Assembly (NCBI GenBank): GCA_021791655.1
Contig: JAJYWD010000002.1
Span: 2,128 to 66,127, forward strand
DNA length: 64,000 nucleotides
Source of the DNA: Nanobdellota archaeon
Lineage (GTDB): Archaea > Nanobdellota > Nanobdellia > Parvarchaeales > Parvarchaeaceae
Direction: 5' to 3'
Below are positions 45,298 to 55,635 of this stretch, in pieces (the stretch's first letter is position 1; each line of letters starts with the position of its first letter). A program made the position numbers and the translations under genes. The notes beneath the pieces are model-generated. The model ran no database searches, had not been told where the DNA came from, and saw nothing but the letters and a program-made list of their open reading frames with translations.

Positions 45298-46320
45298 CTA
45301 AGATGAGGGCAGGAACTCCTTACCTAGACGCTGAAGGAAATCCGTGTTCTTTTCGAAGTAAGACCTTGCGTCCTTAAACCTCTCTATAAGAAAGTCTGCG
45401 ACCGCAGTTTTCAGGTCTTTTGGATGGAGCCGCTTGCTGACGAACGCGCCCTCCAATTCTCCATACGATTTGAACTCAACGTCCCCGCCGAACCTGTTCT
45501 CCCTCTCGATCTTTAACGAAGGAGAGTTGGTGAAAATCAAGAACTTCGTCAGTTGCAGAATGAAGTTATCCTTTGCTACTCCTTCAGGGCAGTAGGCACG
45601 ATCTATCTTTCTCCTTGTAGATTCCACCGAATCATAGATTTTGATGTTGCTCTCCGGGATGGAGGAACTCATCTTCGTTCCCGGCCCAAGTAGAGACGAT
45701 ATCAGGGGCGTCATTATTTCTATTCGCTTCCTATAACCCAGCATCGGAAGGTATTCCCTTGCGAAAACAAGTATATGCCGCTGGTCCAGCCCCCCGAGCT
45801 GTATGTCAACATCAAGATACTGCTCATCAAGAGCCTGAAATATCGGATAGATAAGCTCGCTCACTTTGGGGTTTTTCATCCTTGTGACTTCAGAGGCCGC
45901 CCTTGTCGCCCTTTCCACCGTAGAGACAGACGCTATTTTAAGCGCGTCAAGGACATAATCGCTTTTCAGCTGGAAATCGGATCCTTTTACGAAAGTAGGT
46001 TTCTCTTTCCATTTGAGTGCTAGTTCTACACACTTCTGCGTGTATGCTGCTCTTTGGCTTAGTTCTTCCCACTTCGCCTTTTGGTCGTCTAGCGCAGCGT
46101 GTATATCGGCAAGAAGTACCTTCGCTTCCACGCCCGCATTCTGGAAATCCAACATTTTGCCGATTGCTATCAAGTGGCCGATGTGAAAGGGCCCGGTAGT
46201 TGCGCGCCCTATGTACGCGGACAACTTGTCGTTTTCGTTAAGCCTAGCTATAAGCTCTTCCCTGCTTATGATTTCTTCCGTGTTCCTTGTTATCAAGTCC
46301 AATCTGGCTTCAGCGTCCAT
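45298..46320 (-). CDS. tyrS: Tyrosyl-tRNA synthetase (archaeal type).
   Basis: 340 aa with GPFHIGHL (HIGH) and KMSSS motifs. Confidence 0.85.
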   Translation of the reverse strand: MDAEARLDLITRNTEEIISREELIARLNENDKLSAYIGRATTGPFHIGHLIAIGKMLDFQNAGVEAKVLLADIHAALDDQKAKWEELSQRAAYTQKCVELALKWKEKPTFVKGSDFQLKSDYVLDALKIASVSTVERATRAASEVTRMKNPKVSELIYPIFQALDEQYLDVDIQLGGLDQRHILVFAREYLPMLGYRKRIEIMTPLISSLLGPGTKMSSSIPESNIKIYDSVESTRRKIDRAYCPEGVAKDNFILQLTKFLIFTNSPSLKIERENRFGGDVEFKSYGELEGAFVSKRLHPKDLKTAVADFLIERFKDARSYFEKNTDFLQRLGKEFLPSS

Positions 46321-46403
46321 AATCTCATAGGGCTAAAATGATATTTATACACAACACACGTCTTGCGTGCATACGGATTCGCTTAAACAAAGGCTTGGAG
46401 CAC

Positions 46404-48059
46404 TTACATCTCCCCGTAAGAATAGGTAAATTGATTCCTGTCGCTAAGTGTAAGGAGCGCTTTAATCTTGCTTATCTTCGCGGTTATATTTTCCTTGTCT
46501 GGGAATTGAAGCTCTATGAAATCGCCGAGGTTTTTAGTGGCTCCGTCCTTCTCCTTCGTTACGTCCGCATCGACACACACCAAGGCGTCCTCAACCATGT
46601 AAACGGCTCTGCGCTTGGAGATCTTCATGAATTCCGATCCGTAAATCTGCGATAGGTATCCACCGAACGCGGCGTCCACCTCTAGATCAAATATGTACCT
46701 CCTGCTATGGGTCGATTCCGTTTTTGGGCCTTTATACGTTATGAAATAGCGCCCGGATTCTTCTCTCAGTCTCAGTATCTCGTCTTCGAACGAGGTCATC
46801 CTGCCACGCTGTCCATAAAATCGGTCTGTTTGAGTAGATACCGATATCAATTTCCCGCCGCCCTTGCGTATGCTCTCGTGGTATTGGACAAGGTTATCGG
46901 ACTTAAACTTAAGCTGGTATTCTTGAGATTCCAATTTCGTGCTTTCGACATAAGGATCGTACTCGTTGCTTATTATCATGGTTGCGTTCTTCTTGGTGGG
47001 AAGAATGTACTTGGCGTACATCGGCTCTACCACGGTTATTCCGTACTTCAATGACTTAGACGGGGGCCATGAAGTTCTGGCTACGTCTCTGAATAACTTC
47101 CGTATTAGTCTGCTGTGGGCGCTCGCATCTACAAATATCCTTATGTCGCCCAGCGTGCTGAGTTCATCGCTGAGTGCAAATAGTCCTTCTAAAATAACGA
47201 ATCTGACCGGCGCTATCCTCTCCGTTTCCTTCAGTCTCTCTCCCGTCTTGAAACTGTACACGGGCTTGTCTACCATCTTGCCGTTTTTAAGATCTTCGAG
47301 GTTTTTGTGAAGCAGATCCATGTCTATAACCTCTGGCTGGTCAAAGTTCAGGTCCATTCCCTTCTCTTTCTGCTCTTTCATGTAACTGACACCGCGATAA
47401 TAATCGTCCATAGAAATCGTCACCGCATCATTTCCAAGCTTTTGCTGCAACATTTTCGCCAGCGAGGTTTTACCGGATGCTGAGCCACCAGATATTTCTA
47501 TGGTGACCGGTCTGTCCGACCCGCTACGCTTCTCATCCAACATTTCCATTATTTTGTCTAGATTTGCGCTCAGCTTGGAGTACGATTTCCTCGCCGAAAT
47601 CTGCAGGTCGGGAGGCATTCCATTGACTGCAAGGCTGAATCCGTTGTATCTCTGGTCTTCCGTGACTTCCTTGCCTATCCAAGGCGGTGGAACAAAATGC
47701 GTGCTGTCTTCTTTCGATTTGAACTCCACTTCCGCAAGCATAAGGCCACTCAGTTCATCGTTAAAGACATTCAATTCTATTTTATCCGCGCCATCGTTTA
47801 TTATATAACGTGCCTTGTCCAGCATTCCGATAGAGGTCGTAGCAAGCGCATCAAAAATGTCTTTGCTTACCGGCAGCTCATTTTCTTCCCTAGAAAGGCC
47901 TTTGCCAGCTTTGACTGTCAAGTAAAAGTTCTTGTCTATGGAACGGACCCTAGATTCTTCTGTCCCGCCGCTTATGTAGTATTGCTTTATGTTTTGCTTT
48001 GCGGAGACATCTACACCGGTAGGAAATTTATCGACTAGAAAACGCCTCTCTATTTCCAT
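46404..48059 (-). CDS. CYTH (triphosphate tunnel) domain - uridine-kinase-like P-loop kinase - CYTH domain fusion protein.
   Basis: 551 aa. The N-terminus MEIERRFLV...ESRVR is CYTH. The middle IEISGGSASGKTSLA...ISMDDYYR is a PRK/uridine kinase core. The C-terminal 170 aa (EYQLKFK...YIFDLEVD...DFIELQF) is a second CYTH-like beta-barrel. Confidence 0.65.
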   Translation of the reverse strand: MEIERRFLVDKFPTGVDVSAKQNIKQYYISGGTEESRVRSIDKNFYLTVKAGKGLSREENELPVSKDIFDALATTSIGMLDKARYIINDGADKIELNVFNDELSGLMLAEVEFKSKEDSTHFVPPPWIGKEVTEDQRYNGFSLAVNGMPPDLQISARKSYSKLSANLDKIMEMLDEKRSGSDRPVTIEISGGSASGKTSLAKMLQQKLGNDAVTISMDDYYRGVSYMKEQKEKGMDLNFDQPEVIDMDLLHKNLEDLKNGKMVDKPVYSFKTGERLKETERIAPVRFVILEGLFALSDELSTLGDIRIFVDASAHSRLIRKLFRDVARTSWPPSKSLKYGITVVEPMYAKYILPTKKNATMIISNEYDPYVESTKLESQEYQLKFKSDNLVQYHESIRKGGGKLISVSTQTDRFYGQRGRMTSFEDEILRLREESGRYFITYKGPKTESTHSRRYIFDLEVDAAFGGYLSQIYGSEFMKISKRRAVYMVEDALVCVDADVTKEKDGATKNLGDFIELQFPDKENITAKISKIKALLTLSDRNQFTYSYGEM

Positions 48060-48191
48060 GGGTATTTCTGCGTTGTATTACAAGTTATAAAGAGAGCGAT
48101 ACGTATTAAACCTTTAAACCCATTATCAGCAGTCTCTTTATCATCCCGAATGGATTATCGGGCGAAAGCGAAACGCGCATACGATCTATCC

Positions 48192-48626
48192 TTATTTTCG
48201 CTGTACTACGGAGATTGCCTTAACCGGACACACGTTAACGCACGCCATGCAGTATATGCAGTCGCTCTCGCGTATAGGATCGCTCTTGTCCGTCCTGTAC
48301 TTCTTCCACTCGTCCGAGTCTTTCGCTATTTTCTTGTCCTTCCCGGTCCCTATCTGACCCGGATTAAGAAGCCACTCGAACACGCTGACGGGGCACACAT
48401 CCAGGCACCCGCCGTCCGCTATGCACGAATCAAAGTCAACCGCAACATTAGTGCCGTGTATTCCAAGCGTAGTAGGATATGCTGTAGTGTTGTCAGCCTG
48501 CACCCTTGCCTTCCCATCAGCCCAAACATCGTGATTATTGTGCGAACCCGTCTGTGGGAACGCATCTTTCTTGGTAAAAAAGTCTCCGTCGATTGGCGCC
48601 GATTTGTAGTCTACTTCTGCCATCAC
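48192..48626 (-). CDS. fdx: Zinc-containing dicluster ferredoxin (Sulfolobus/Thermoplasma type).
   Basis: 144 aa. The N-terminal extension has His/Asp Zn ligands (GSHNNHDVW...LGIHGT). Two cluster motifs follow ([26 protein letters not shown]). Confidence 0.8.
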   Translation of the reverse strand: MMAEVDYKSAPIDGDFFTKKDAFPQTGSHNNHDVWADGKARVQADNTTAYPTTLGIHGTNVAVDFDSCIADGGCLDVCPVSVFEWLLNPGQIGTGKDKKIAKDSDEWKKYRTDKSDPIRESDCIYCMACVNVCPVKAISVVQRK

Positions 48627-48699
48627 TACCTAAGGGAACTATCATTTATAAGTTTTACCAAAAAGGTGCAAGGCAGACGGGTCTAGAAAAGAGCACATC

Positions 48700-48870
48700 C
48701 TACGGAAGGGTTATATTAGTATTAGTCTGATTCGTAATCTGCTTGAGGTGCAGGATGTTCGCCAACAGCCCGGTGTTTATCAGATATATTATGATTATCA
48801 AGAGGGCCAGCGCTATTATGATAAGCACTATGACCTCAAGACCAAGCGATATTGCCCCCTTTCTTTCCAT
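48700..48870 (-). CDS. Small pilin-like protein (class III signal peptide). It starts at the internal Met of the listed ORF.
   Basis: MERKGA|ISLGLEVIVLIIIALALLIIIIYL is a short basic leader plus hydrophobic helix. It is 56 aa. Confidence 0.4.
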   Translation of the reverse strand: MERKGAISLGLEVIVLIIIALALLIIIIYLINTGLLANILHLKQITNQTNTNITLP

Positions 48871-48931
48871 TGTTAGATATATGAATTTTTGCAGACGCAG
48901 GAATATAAGCTTTACACGGATGGCCACGGTT

Positions 48932-50014
48932 TTATTTGAATCTATCCTCGGCTTCTTTCATTATGGCTTTGTACCCATTGTTGTATTCAAGCTCGTCCGG
49001 AATTAGCGTTGCCGGGTGGACGAAGCCCTGTTCCCTTATGGCTTCCACTTTCTTCACGGCTTTGGTCCTGTAGTAATCCCAATCGGGCGTGGCGAACGCG
49101 TCCACGAAGGCCGTGAACTTGCCGTTGTGCATGGAGAAGAGTACCGCACTTACTATGGGTATGCACATGTTGCTGCTTGCCTGTGTCATGACCTTAACAG
49201 GCATCAAAGGCATGTGGTGACTGCCCCGCGTATCTCCAGCAACGTAGTGCACGGTCTTGAATACCGAGCACGCTTCCTCCGTCGCCGGGAACGCTTTCTG
49301 GAGGCGCATTATCGCAGCAGGATCGTCTTTTCCCACGTAAGTTCCGGCTATGTTGTGCAGTCTGTCAGTGGTTATAGAAAGCATTGGACCGGATTTGTTC
49401 GATGTCGATTCGATCACGAAACGACCGGGATACATTAAGGCCGCCGCTATCAGGAAATTATCCTCTGGAATCTTGAAGACTGCTTTCTTGTTCTCAACAA
49501 CGTCCATTATGGTCATCTCTACGCCATGAGACAACTCCGGGTTCAGTATCAGGCCCGTATTAGCCGAAGGTTCACAAAATAACCTATAAAGAGGATAATT
49601 GAATGCGCCAGGCTCCGTTTTGTCCATAGTAAAAATGACAAAGGCTTCATTCTCCCGTTCCTCGAACTCAAGCTCGGCAACTCCCGGACCCATCCCTTTC
49701 ACGTTGCCGGAAAAAGAATCCTTTAGCAGGTCCTGTCCGGCCCCGTAAAGTCCCTGCCCCTTTGCCGTATCGGCGCCAGCCTTGAAAGCCTTCCATGCGA
49801 GTTCGTGCACCCTTCTTGCGGCCAGACCGTTCTTGTGCGACATCAGTATATGGATATCGTCGCCAGTAAAGCCTATGTAAAAATCGAGTATACCGGCACC
49901 GACTTTTCCGCTTTCAATAACTGATTTAACTTTGCTTAGCAATTCTTCGCTGGGTCTGGTGTGCCCGCCTATGGAACCAACATCGGCTTTTATGAGAGAT
50001 AGTGTCAGCTTCAT
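48932..50014 (-). CDS. fbp: Fructose-1,6-bisphosphate aldolase/phosphatase (class V FBPase).
   Basis: From the internal start, MKLTLSLIKADVGSIGGHTRPSE matches the conserved FBPase V N-terminus. Length is about 360 aa. Confidence 0.85.
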   Translation of the reverse strand: MKLTLSLIKADVGSIGGHTRPSEELLSKVKSVIESGKVGAGILDFYIGFTGDDIHILMSHKNGLAARRVHELAWKAFKAGADTAKGQGLYGAGQDLLKDSFSGNVKGMGPGVAELEFEERENEAFVIFTMDKTEPGAFNYPLYRLFCEPSANTGLILNPELSHGVEMTIMDVVENKKAVFKIPEDNFLIAAALMYPGRFVIESTSNKSGPMLSITTDRLHNIAGTYVGKDDPAAIMRLQKAFPATEEACSVFKTVHYVAGDTRGSHHMPLMPVKVMTQASSNMCIPIVSAVLFSMHNGKFTAFVDAFATPDWDYYRTKAVKKVEAIREQGFVHPATLIPDELEYNNGYKAIMKEAEDRFK

Positions 50015-50110
50015 ATTGTAATACACATAAACAAATCTTAGAAAGTTCATAGTATAAAAAGCAACGCTGCGATAAAAATCGGCCCGCCCTTCTTGCGATT
50101 ACTGCATTTA

Positions 50111-50950
50111 CTACTTCTTTAGTTTGTAAGTCCAGAACAAATCGGGCTTTCCTAAGATGTCGTAGTCCGGCACGAGTCTACCGTGTTTCATGCCGCTCTC
50201 CGACAAATATTCTGGGTACCAATTAGCATCGCGTGGCGTCCTTCCGCTCATTACGGCACCGGCACGTAGTTGCGATGGTTTTCTGTCAGCGACGAAACTA
50301 AGAACACTTAGGAGGCTCTTCCCGCTCATTACAACGTCTTCAACAACGAACACGTTTTTGCCTTCGATTTTCTCCTTCAGATAGTCCTCGGGCATATTGT
50401 ATGGCACTTTCACATCAGTATCAGTATGCCTGAACGTAGAAAATCTTATTGGAACGATGTCGTTTACGTTGAGTGCGCACGAGATCAGCAAGGCCGGTTC
50501 AAGCGCGCCGGTCGCTACATAGACGATGGTCTCTGGGGGATCGGCCTTGAGTCTTTTCTTCATCGACTTCAAAAACCAGTTAACGGATTTTTCCTTCCCG
50601 GCAAGATGTCTTGCGAACAATAGGGTATCGCGGGGATACCCTCCTTTTATTACAGACTCTGTTATGTTCTTCAATTCTGCTCGCAACTTCTCTGTTTTAA
50701 CGCCGGTTTTTACGTCCTTGTAATAATTTGAGGGAAAGTCTTTGTAAGCGGTTCTCACTACCGTTTTGCCCGTATCGAACAGCTTATTTAGATTTTCGTG
50801 CGTGTGCTTCCACGTGCCCTCGCGGTAAGACGCATCTCCACAAAGTGCGTCCACGTACACCTGTGCAACGTCTAGAACATTGTCTAGCATGATCTTATTG
50901 TTCACGCCTTTGCACTTCATGTCCACTAGGACGTCTTCCAGCACTTTCAT
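50111..50950 (-). CDS. Protein with a C-terminal phosphoribosyltransferase (type I PRTase) domain. The N-terminal domain is of unknown function.
   Basis: 279 aa. VFVVEDVVMSGKSLLSV is the PRPP-binding motif. The N-terminal roughly 130 aa carries no recognised motif. Confidence 0.55.
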   Translation of the reverse strand: MKVLEDVLVDMKCKGVNNKIMLDNVLDVAQVYVDALCGDASYREGTWKHTHENLNKLFDTGKTVVRTAYKDFPSNYYKDVKTGVKTEKLRAELKNITESVIKGGYPRDTLLFARHLAGKEKSVNWFLKSMKKRLKADPPETIVYVATGALEPALLISCALNVNDIVPIRFSTFRHTDTDVKVPYNMPEDYLKEKIEGKNVFVVEDVVMSGKSLLSVLSFVADRKPSQLRAGAVMSGRTPRDANWYPEYLSESGMKHGRLVPDYDILGKPDLFWTYKLKK

Positions 50951-51064
50951 ACTTTAGAGATGACGCGCCTAGCTATAAATACTTTTGAGTACTAAGTAAT
51001 AGGTATTTATATGTGATATGGTTTACGATAAACTATTAATATAAGTTTTGGTTTAGTATAAACC

Positions 51065-51574
51065 ATGTTAACCAACATAATAGAAGAGATTCCAGAAACC
51101 GTAAGAAACGACATATTCGACATAGTCACGAAGGACGACAAGCTTTACGTCATACTTAAGGAGGACAAGAAGGACTGCGAAATGGCGATAAGCAAGATCT
51201 TCTCAAACGAGGACATGGAATTCCTAGACCTGTTTGAACTAATGAAGAACCGGCTGCTGAAGGACTTGTCCGACAGCGTCAGCCTGCTGGACAACGAACC
51301 GCTCGTCGACAGGATGGGCCTCCAGCAGATGACCGAGATTTTCTACGATTTGACTAACCTGCAGCAGAGCAAAAAGATGCTTTTCAATTACGCGCTTTTG
51401 GGCAGGAGGGGAGTCGAGGGGCTGCTGCAGAGACTTGGCGGCGGCAGGCTCACGAAAAGCGCGGTTTTCGTTCCATCAAACAAGGAGGATGAAGTGGAAG
51501 ACTTTATCAAAGGATGGGATGTAGAATATACGAAGAGAAGCATTCTGATCTTCGAAGAGGGAGGAAAATTATGA
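51065..51574 (+). CDS. Hypothetical protein, translationally coupled to VAT/CDC48.
   Basis: 169-aa acidic ORF. Its stop overlaps the VAT start (ATGA), which is preceded by a ggagg SD-like sequence. Confidence 0.4.
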   Translation: MLTNIIEEIPETVRNDIFDIVTKDDKLYVILKEDKKDCEMAISKIFSNEDMEFLDLFELMKNRLLKDLSDSVSLLDNEPLVDRMGLQQMTEIFYDLTNLQQSKKMLFNYALLGRRGVEGLLQRLGGGRLTKSAVFVPSNKEDEVEDFIKGWDVEYTKRSILIFEEGGKL

Positions 51575-53868
51575 ATGAAGAAAGAAATGAAGGTATAAGC
51601 TTGAAGGTGGCCGAAGCCCATCAGGATGACATAGGGAGCAATGTCGTGAGGATGGACAGGAATTCCGTGCATCAAATCGGAGCGAGATTCGGGGACTTTG
51701 TAGAGATAGAAGGAAACAGAAAAACCGTGGCCAAGGTGGACGGAGCTTATCCCGCTGACATAAATCTCAAACTTATAAGGATGGACGGGACAACCAGAAA
51801 GAACGCAAAAGCTGCGATAGGTGAAAACATTTACGTCAGGAAGGCCGAAGTAAGCGACGCGGACAGCGTCACTCTGGCACCGACATCCAAGATGACAATA
51901 AAGGGGGCTGAAGAACTCATAGGTCGGATGCTGAATGACCGCGTAGTCTCTAAGGGAGACACGCTGACCGTGGGGGGCAATAACACCCGCGGAGGGATGA
52001 ACGTCTTCGGTGATGATATCTTCAATGTTTTCTTTGAGGGTTTCCCGAGCACAGTATTCGGATTCGGAGAGTTCAGGTTCGCGGTCACATCAACCATGCC
52101 AAAAGGTTACGTTGTCATAACGCCTAACACCGACGTCGTAATATCGAATGAACCGATAAGCACGGCGGAAGAGAGAGTAAAGCACGTTAGCTACGAGGAC
52201 GTTGGGGGATTGAGTGACGCTGTATCAAAAATAAGGGAGATGGTCGAGATACCGTTGAAGCACCCGGAGATATTCATGAAACTCGGCATAAGTCCGCCGA
52301 AGGGCGTGTTGCTATACGGCCCGCCAGGAACGGGTAAAACGCTGTTGGCCAGGGCTGTAGCGGACGAGAGCGACGCGCATTTCATATCGATCAACGGTCC
52401 CGAGGTCATGAGCAAGTGGGTCGGGGACGCGGAGAAAAAACTCAGGGAACTATTCGATGAGGCAGAAAAGAATGCGCCCTCCATAATATTCATAGACGAG
52501 ATAGACGCAATAGCGACGAAGCGTGAAGAAAGCGTCGGTGAAGTAGAGCACAGGGTGGTCTCGCAGCTGCTCACACTCATGGACGGCCTGAAAAGCCGCG
52601 GTAAAGTGATCGTCATCGCCGCCACCAACAGGCCCAATGCAATAGACCCGGCGCTCAGAAGACCCGGAAGATTCGACAGGGAAGTGATAATAGGAGTACC
52701 TGACGAGAACGGACGGCTCGAGATACTTAAGATACATACTAGGAACATGCCGTTCGACAAGTCGTTCGATAGGGACAAGGATATAAAGTACCTTGCACAG
52801 GTTACCCATGGTTTCGTGGGTGCGGACATAGAGTCGCTCGTCAAAGAGGCAGCTATGAACGTCGTGAGAAGAAACCTGAACGAGCTCAACCTGAAAGAGA
52901 GCGAGAACATCCCGAAGACCGTACTTGACAAACTTATGGTTCATCTGGACGATTTCCGCGAAGCCCTTAGGTTCGTCAGGCCGAGCGCTATGAGGGAAGT
53001 GCTCATAGAACGACCCAACGTACACTGGGCGGATGTCGGCGGACTTGACCGGGTAAAGAGCCAGCTGAAAGAGGCGATAGACTGGCCGCTCAAGCACCCA
53101 GAAGCTTTCAAGAAGGTGGGGATAGTGCCGCCGAAGGGCATACTGCTATACGGCCCGCCAGGAACGGGTAAGACCATGCTTGCCAAAGCGATAGCAACGG
53201 AAACCGAATCGAACTTCATAGCCATAAAAGGACCTGAGATCTACAACAAATTTGTAGGCGAGAGCGAGAAAAGGATACGTGACATATTCGACAAAGCAAG
53301 GCAGGTCTCGCCGGCGATAGTGTTCATAGATGAGATAGACAGCATCGCAGCGACCAGGACTTCCCTAGGTGCGGAAAACTTCGCAGAACAGTCGGTGGTG
53401 AACCAGCTACTCGCGGAACTGGACGGCATAGAGCCGCTGAAGAACGTCGTCGTAATCGCTGCTACGAACAGGATAGACAAGATAGACCCCGCGATACTCA
53501 GGGCCGGCCGATTCGACAGCGTCGTGTTCGTCCCCCCTCCGACAGAAGAAGAGAGAAAGGCTATACTCAAGGTGTATGCCGACAAGATGCCTATCGAAGG
53601 AAACAAGGAGCAACTTATAGAGGCGCTCCTTAAAAAGACAGAAGGCTACGTAGGTGCGGATTTGGAGAGGCTGACCAAGGAAGCGGGCATGATGGCGCTG
53701 AGAGGCGACATAAGCGCCGACAAAGTCACTGCGGATGACTTCGAAAAAGCGCTGGCAATAGTGAGACCAAGCCTGTCGCCGGAAGAGGCGAAGGAGTACG
53801 AAGAAAGGGCCAGCAAAATATACGCGAAGAGGATCGCCGGGAAGAGCGGACTTTCATACTTTGGCTGA
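51571..53868 (+). CDS. vat: AAA+ ATPase CDC48/VAT (VCP-like ATPase).
   Basis: 765 aa from MNEERNEG. It has an N-terminal double-psi barrel domain followed by two AAA modules, each with GPPGTGKT Walker A, IIFIDEID Walker B, and SRH. Confidence 0.9.
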   Translation: MNEERNEGISLKVAEAHQDDIGSNVVRMDRNSVHQIGARFGDFVEIEGNRKTVAKVDGAYPADINLKLIRMDGTTRKNAKAAIGENIYVRKAEVSDADSVTLAPTSKMTIKGAEELIGRMLNDRVVSKGDTLTVGGNNTRGGMNVFGDDIFNVFFEGFPSTVFGFGEFRFAVTSTMPKGYVVITPNTDVVISNEPISTAEERVKHVSYEDVGGLSDAVSKIREMVEIPLKHPEIFMKLGISPPKGVLLYGPPGTGKTLLARAVADESDAHFISINGPEVMSKWVGDAEKKLRELFDEAEKNAPSIIFIDEIDAIATKREESVGEVEHRVVSQLLTLMDGLKSRGKVIVIAATNRPNAIDPALRRPGRFDREVIIGVPDENGRLEILKIHTRNMPFDKSFDRDKDIKYLAQVTHGFVGADIESLVKEAAMNVVRRNLNELNLKESENIPKTVLDKLMVHLDDFREALRFVRPSAMREVLIERPNVHWADVGGLDRVKSQLKEAIDWPLKHPEAFKKVGIVPPKGILLYGPPGTGKTMLAKAIATETESNFIAIKGPEIYNKFVGESEKRIRDIFDKARQVSPAIVFIDEIDSIAATRTSLGAENFAEQSVVNQLLAELDGIEPLKNVVVIAATNRIDKIDPAILRAGRFDSVVFVPPPTEEERKAILKVYADKMPIEGNKEQLIEALLKKTEGYVGADLERLTKEAGMMALRGDISADKVTADDFEKALAIVRPSLSPEEAKEYEERASKIYAKRIAGKSGLSYFG

Positions 53869-53870
53869 AG

Positions 53871-54536
53871 ATGGAGTACGAAGACCTGTATAAGCTGATA
53901 CTGAACGATGAACTTGGCTGGGAGCACCTTATAACAGCCATAGTCAGGGAGGAGAACATGGACCCTCTCGACATAGACTTGATAAAAATCACGGATAAGT
54001 TCACGTCCACGCTTTTCAGGCTTAAGAGCGTAGACTTCATTTTCGGCGGGAAGTTTGTCTACACAGCGGCGATACTCCTAAAGATGAAATCCGACGTCGT
54101 CGTGGACGAGATCCTGAACAGGAACCTGGAGAAAGAGGATGACAATGAGGAGACCTCGTACGTAAAGGCCATACCATCACCGATAACGGTCGTGCCTAAG
54201 TTACCGATAGTAAGGGAGCGCAAGCTTACGCTGACCGAGCTGATAGACGCGATAAGGACCGGCATGCGCTTCTACGCCAAGGGCAAAATAAACTTCGACC
54301 TGAAACTCAAGGAAGTCAGGATGGAAGACATGATCACGAGGCTGCTGTCGAAGCTCATGAAGCTGTTCGAGGACGACGACACAGTAAAATTCTCTTCTCT
54401 ACTTTCAAAGGGCGACAGGAAAGACGTGATATACACTTTCCTACCCCTGCTGTTCATAGCAAACCAGAGCAGGGTGAGCCTGTTGCAGGAGGAACCGTTC
54501 GCGGAGATATATGTCAAAAATCTCGCAGCTAGTTGA
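53871..54536 (+). CDS. scpA: Segregation and condensation protein A (ScpA, kleisin).
   Basis: 221 aa. The N-terminus is LILNDELGWEHLITAIVREENMDPLDIDLIKITDKF. The C-terminus has a winged-helix pattern. It immediately precedes ScpB. Confidence 0.7.
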   Translation: MEYEDLYKLILNDELGWEHLITAIVREENMDPLDIDLIKITDKFTSTLFRLKSVDFIFGGKFVYTAAILLKMKSDVVVDEILNRNLEKEDDNEETSYVKAIPSPITVVPKLPIVRERKLTLTELIDAIRTGMRFYAKGKINFDLKLKEVRMEDMITRLLSKLMKLFEDDDTVKFSSLLSKGDRKDVIYTFLPLLFIANQSRVSLLQEEPFAEIYVKNLAAS

Positions 54537-55044
54537 AGCCCTGATCTTCTCGTTCGGAGAAGGCATATCCATGGACGATCTGGCAAGAAGGACCAAAGGG
54601 GACAAACTACTGATAAAGCGCACGATAAACGAACTCAACAGGTCGTACGATGAAAGAAAAAGCGCCTTCGTGATAGAGACGGAAGGAAACCTTTATCGCA
54701 TGCGGCTGAGGAACGAGTTATCATACGTGGTCGAAGACCTGTTGAAGACCGACATGAGAAAAGGCGTGCTTATGACCCTCAGCATAATAGCCTCAAAAGG
54801 CAAGATAAAGCAGGCAGAGCTAAAAAACATGAGGGGCAGCGTCGTGTACAGGCACGTGAAGGAACTGTCGCAGCGCGGACTTATACTGGTGCAGAAGGAA
54901 GGAAATTCCAAAGTAATAAAGATAGCCCCGACGTTCTTCGATTACTTCGATATAAATTCCAAGGAGTTCAAAGAGTTGTACAACGGCGTAAAGGAAGAAG
55001 TGGAAAAGGAATCCGAACAATCCGTAGAGTACCGGGGCAATTGA
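54511..55044 (+). CDS. scpB: Segregation and condensation protein B (ScpB).
   Basis: 177 aa with LVEALIFSFGEGISMDDLA, the typical first winged helix of ScpB. It overlaps scpA. Confidence 0.7.
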   Translation: MSKISQLVEALIFSFGEGISMDDLARRTKGDKLLIKRTINELNRSYDERKSAFVIETEGNLYRMRLRNELSYVVEDLLKTDMRKGVLMTLSIIASKGKIKQAELKNMRGSVVYRHVKELSQRGLILVQKEGNSKVIKIAPTFFDYFDINSKEFKELYNGVKEEVEKESEQSVEYRGN

Positions 55045-55053
55045 TGCTACCGG

Positions 55054-55623
55054 TCATATTATAACGACCCTTTTCTTGAGTTCTATAGGTTTTTCTTCCG
55101 GCTTCTCCTGCTTTGGCTGCGGGGGTTGCTGAGCTGCGCTTTTGGGGCCAGCGCTGACCGGAGCAGAGGGTGTTAGCGCAACCGGTTTGGCGTTGCCGCT
55201 GTTTATATTGTTTAGCGTATCCCTGATCTTTTCGCCGACCTCTGCAAGTTCCTGCGGGGATATTGTCTGTTTCTGCCAGACGTAGTTTACAGTGTCGTCG
55301 TTGTATCTCGGTATTATGTGCAGGAGTACGTGGGGCGTCATGTTCCCCTTTGTGAGCTCTTTTGTGTACAATATATCTGCGCTGCTAGCACTTTCCGCAA
55401 GCATCAAAGAGTATCCGATGGAAGTGGCGACCATGAAGAGCGCACCAGACCTCTCGGGCGGCAGCTCGTACAGGCTGTTGAAGTGTTCCTTCGGCATTAA
55501 AATGACGTGGCCTATCGTCGCAGGGTTTATGTCCAGTGCACCCAGAACAAGGTCATCTTCGTAAACAATCACCGCCGGTATCTGCTTCTGTGCTATCGAG
55601 CAGAATATGCAACCGTTTTCCAT
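55054..55623 (-). CDS. HIT-family hydrolase with a low-complexity Pro/Gln/Lys C-terminal tail.
   Basis: 189 aa with CIFCSI...HVILMPKEH and HVLLHIIP (histidine triad). Confidence 0.7.
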   Translation of the reverse strand: MENGCIFCSIAQKQIPAVIVYEDDLVLGALDINPATIGHVILMPKEHFNSLYELPPERSGALFMVATSIGYSLMLAESASSADILYTKELTKGNMTPHVLLHIIPRYNDDTVNYVWQKQTISPQELAEVGEKIRDTLNNINSGNAKPVALTPSAPVSAGPKSAAQQPPQPKQEKPEEKPIELKKRVVII

Positions 55624-55635
55624 TTGCTGTGTATC

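Noticed and set aside
48150-48686. 178-aa plus-strand ORF.
   Set aside because: It is antisense to the well-supported zinc ferredoxin gene.
52191-53606. Several 90-250-aa minus-strand ORFs inside the VAT gene.
   Set aside because: They are the antisense of a high-confidence CDC48/VAT gene. Their Ser/Leu-rich composition is typical of shadow ORFs.
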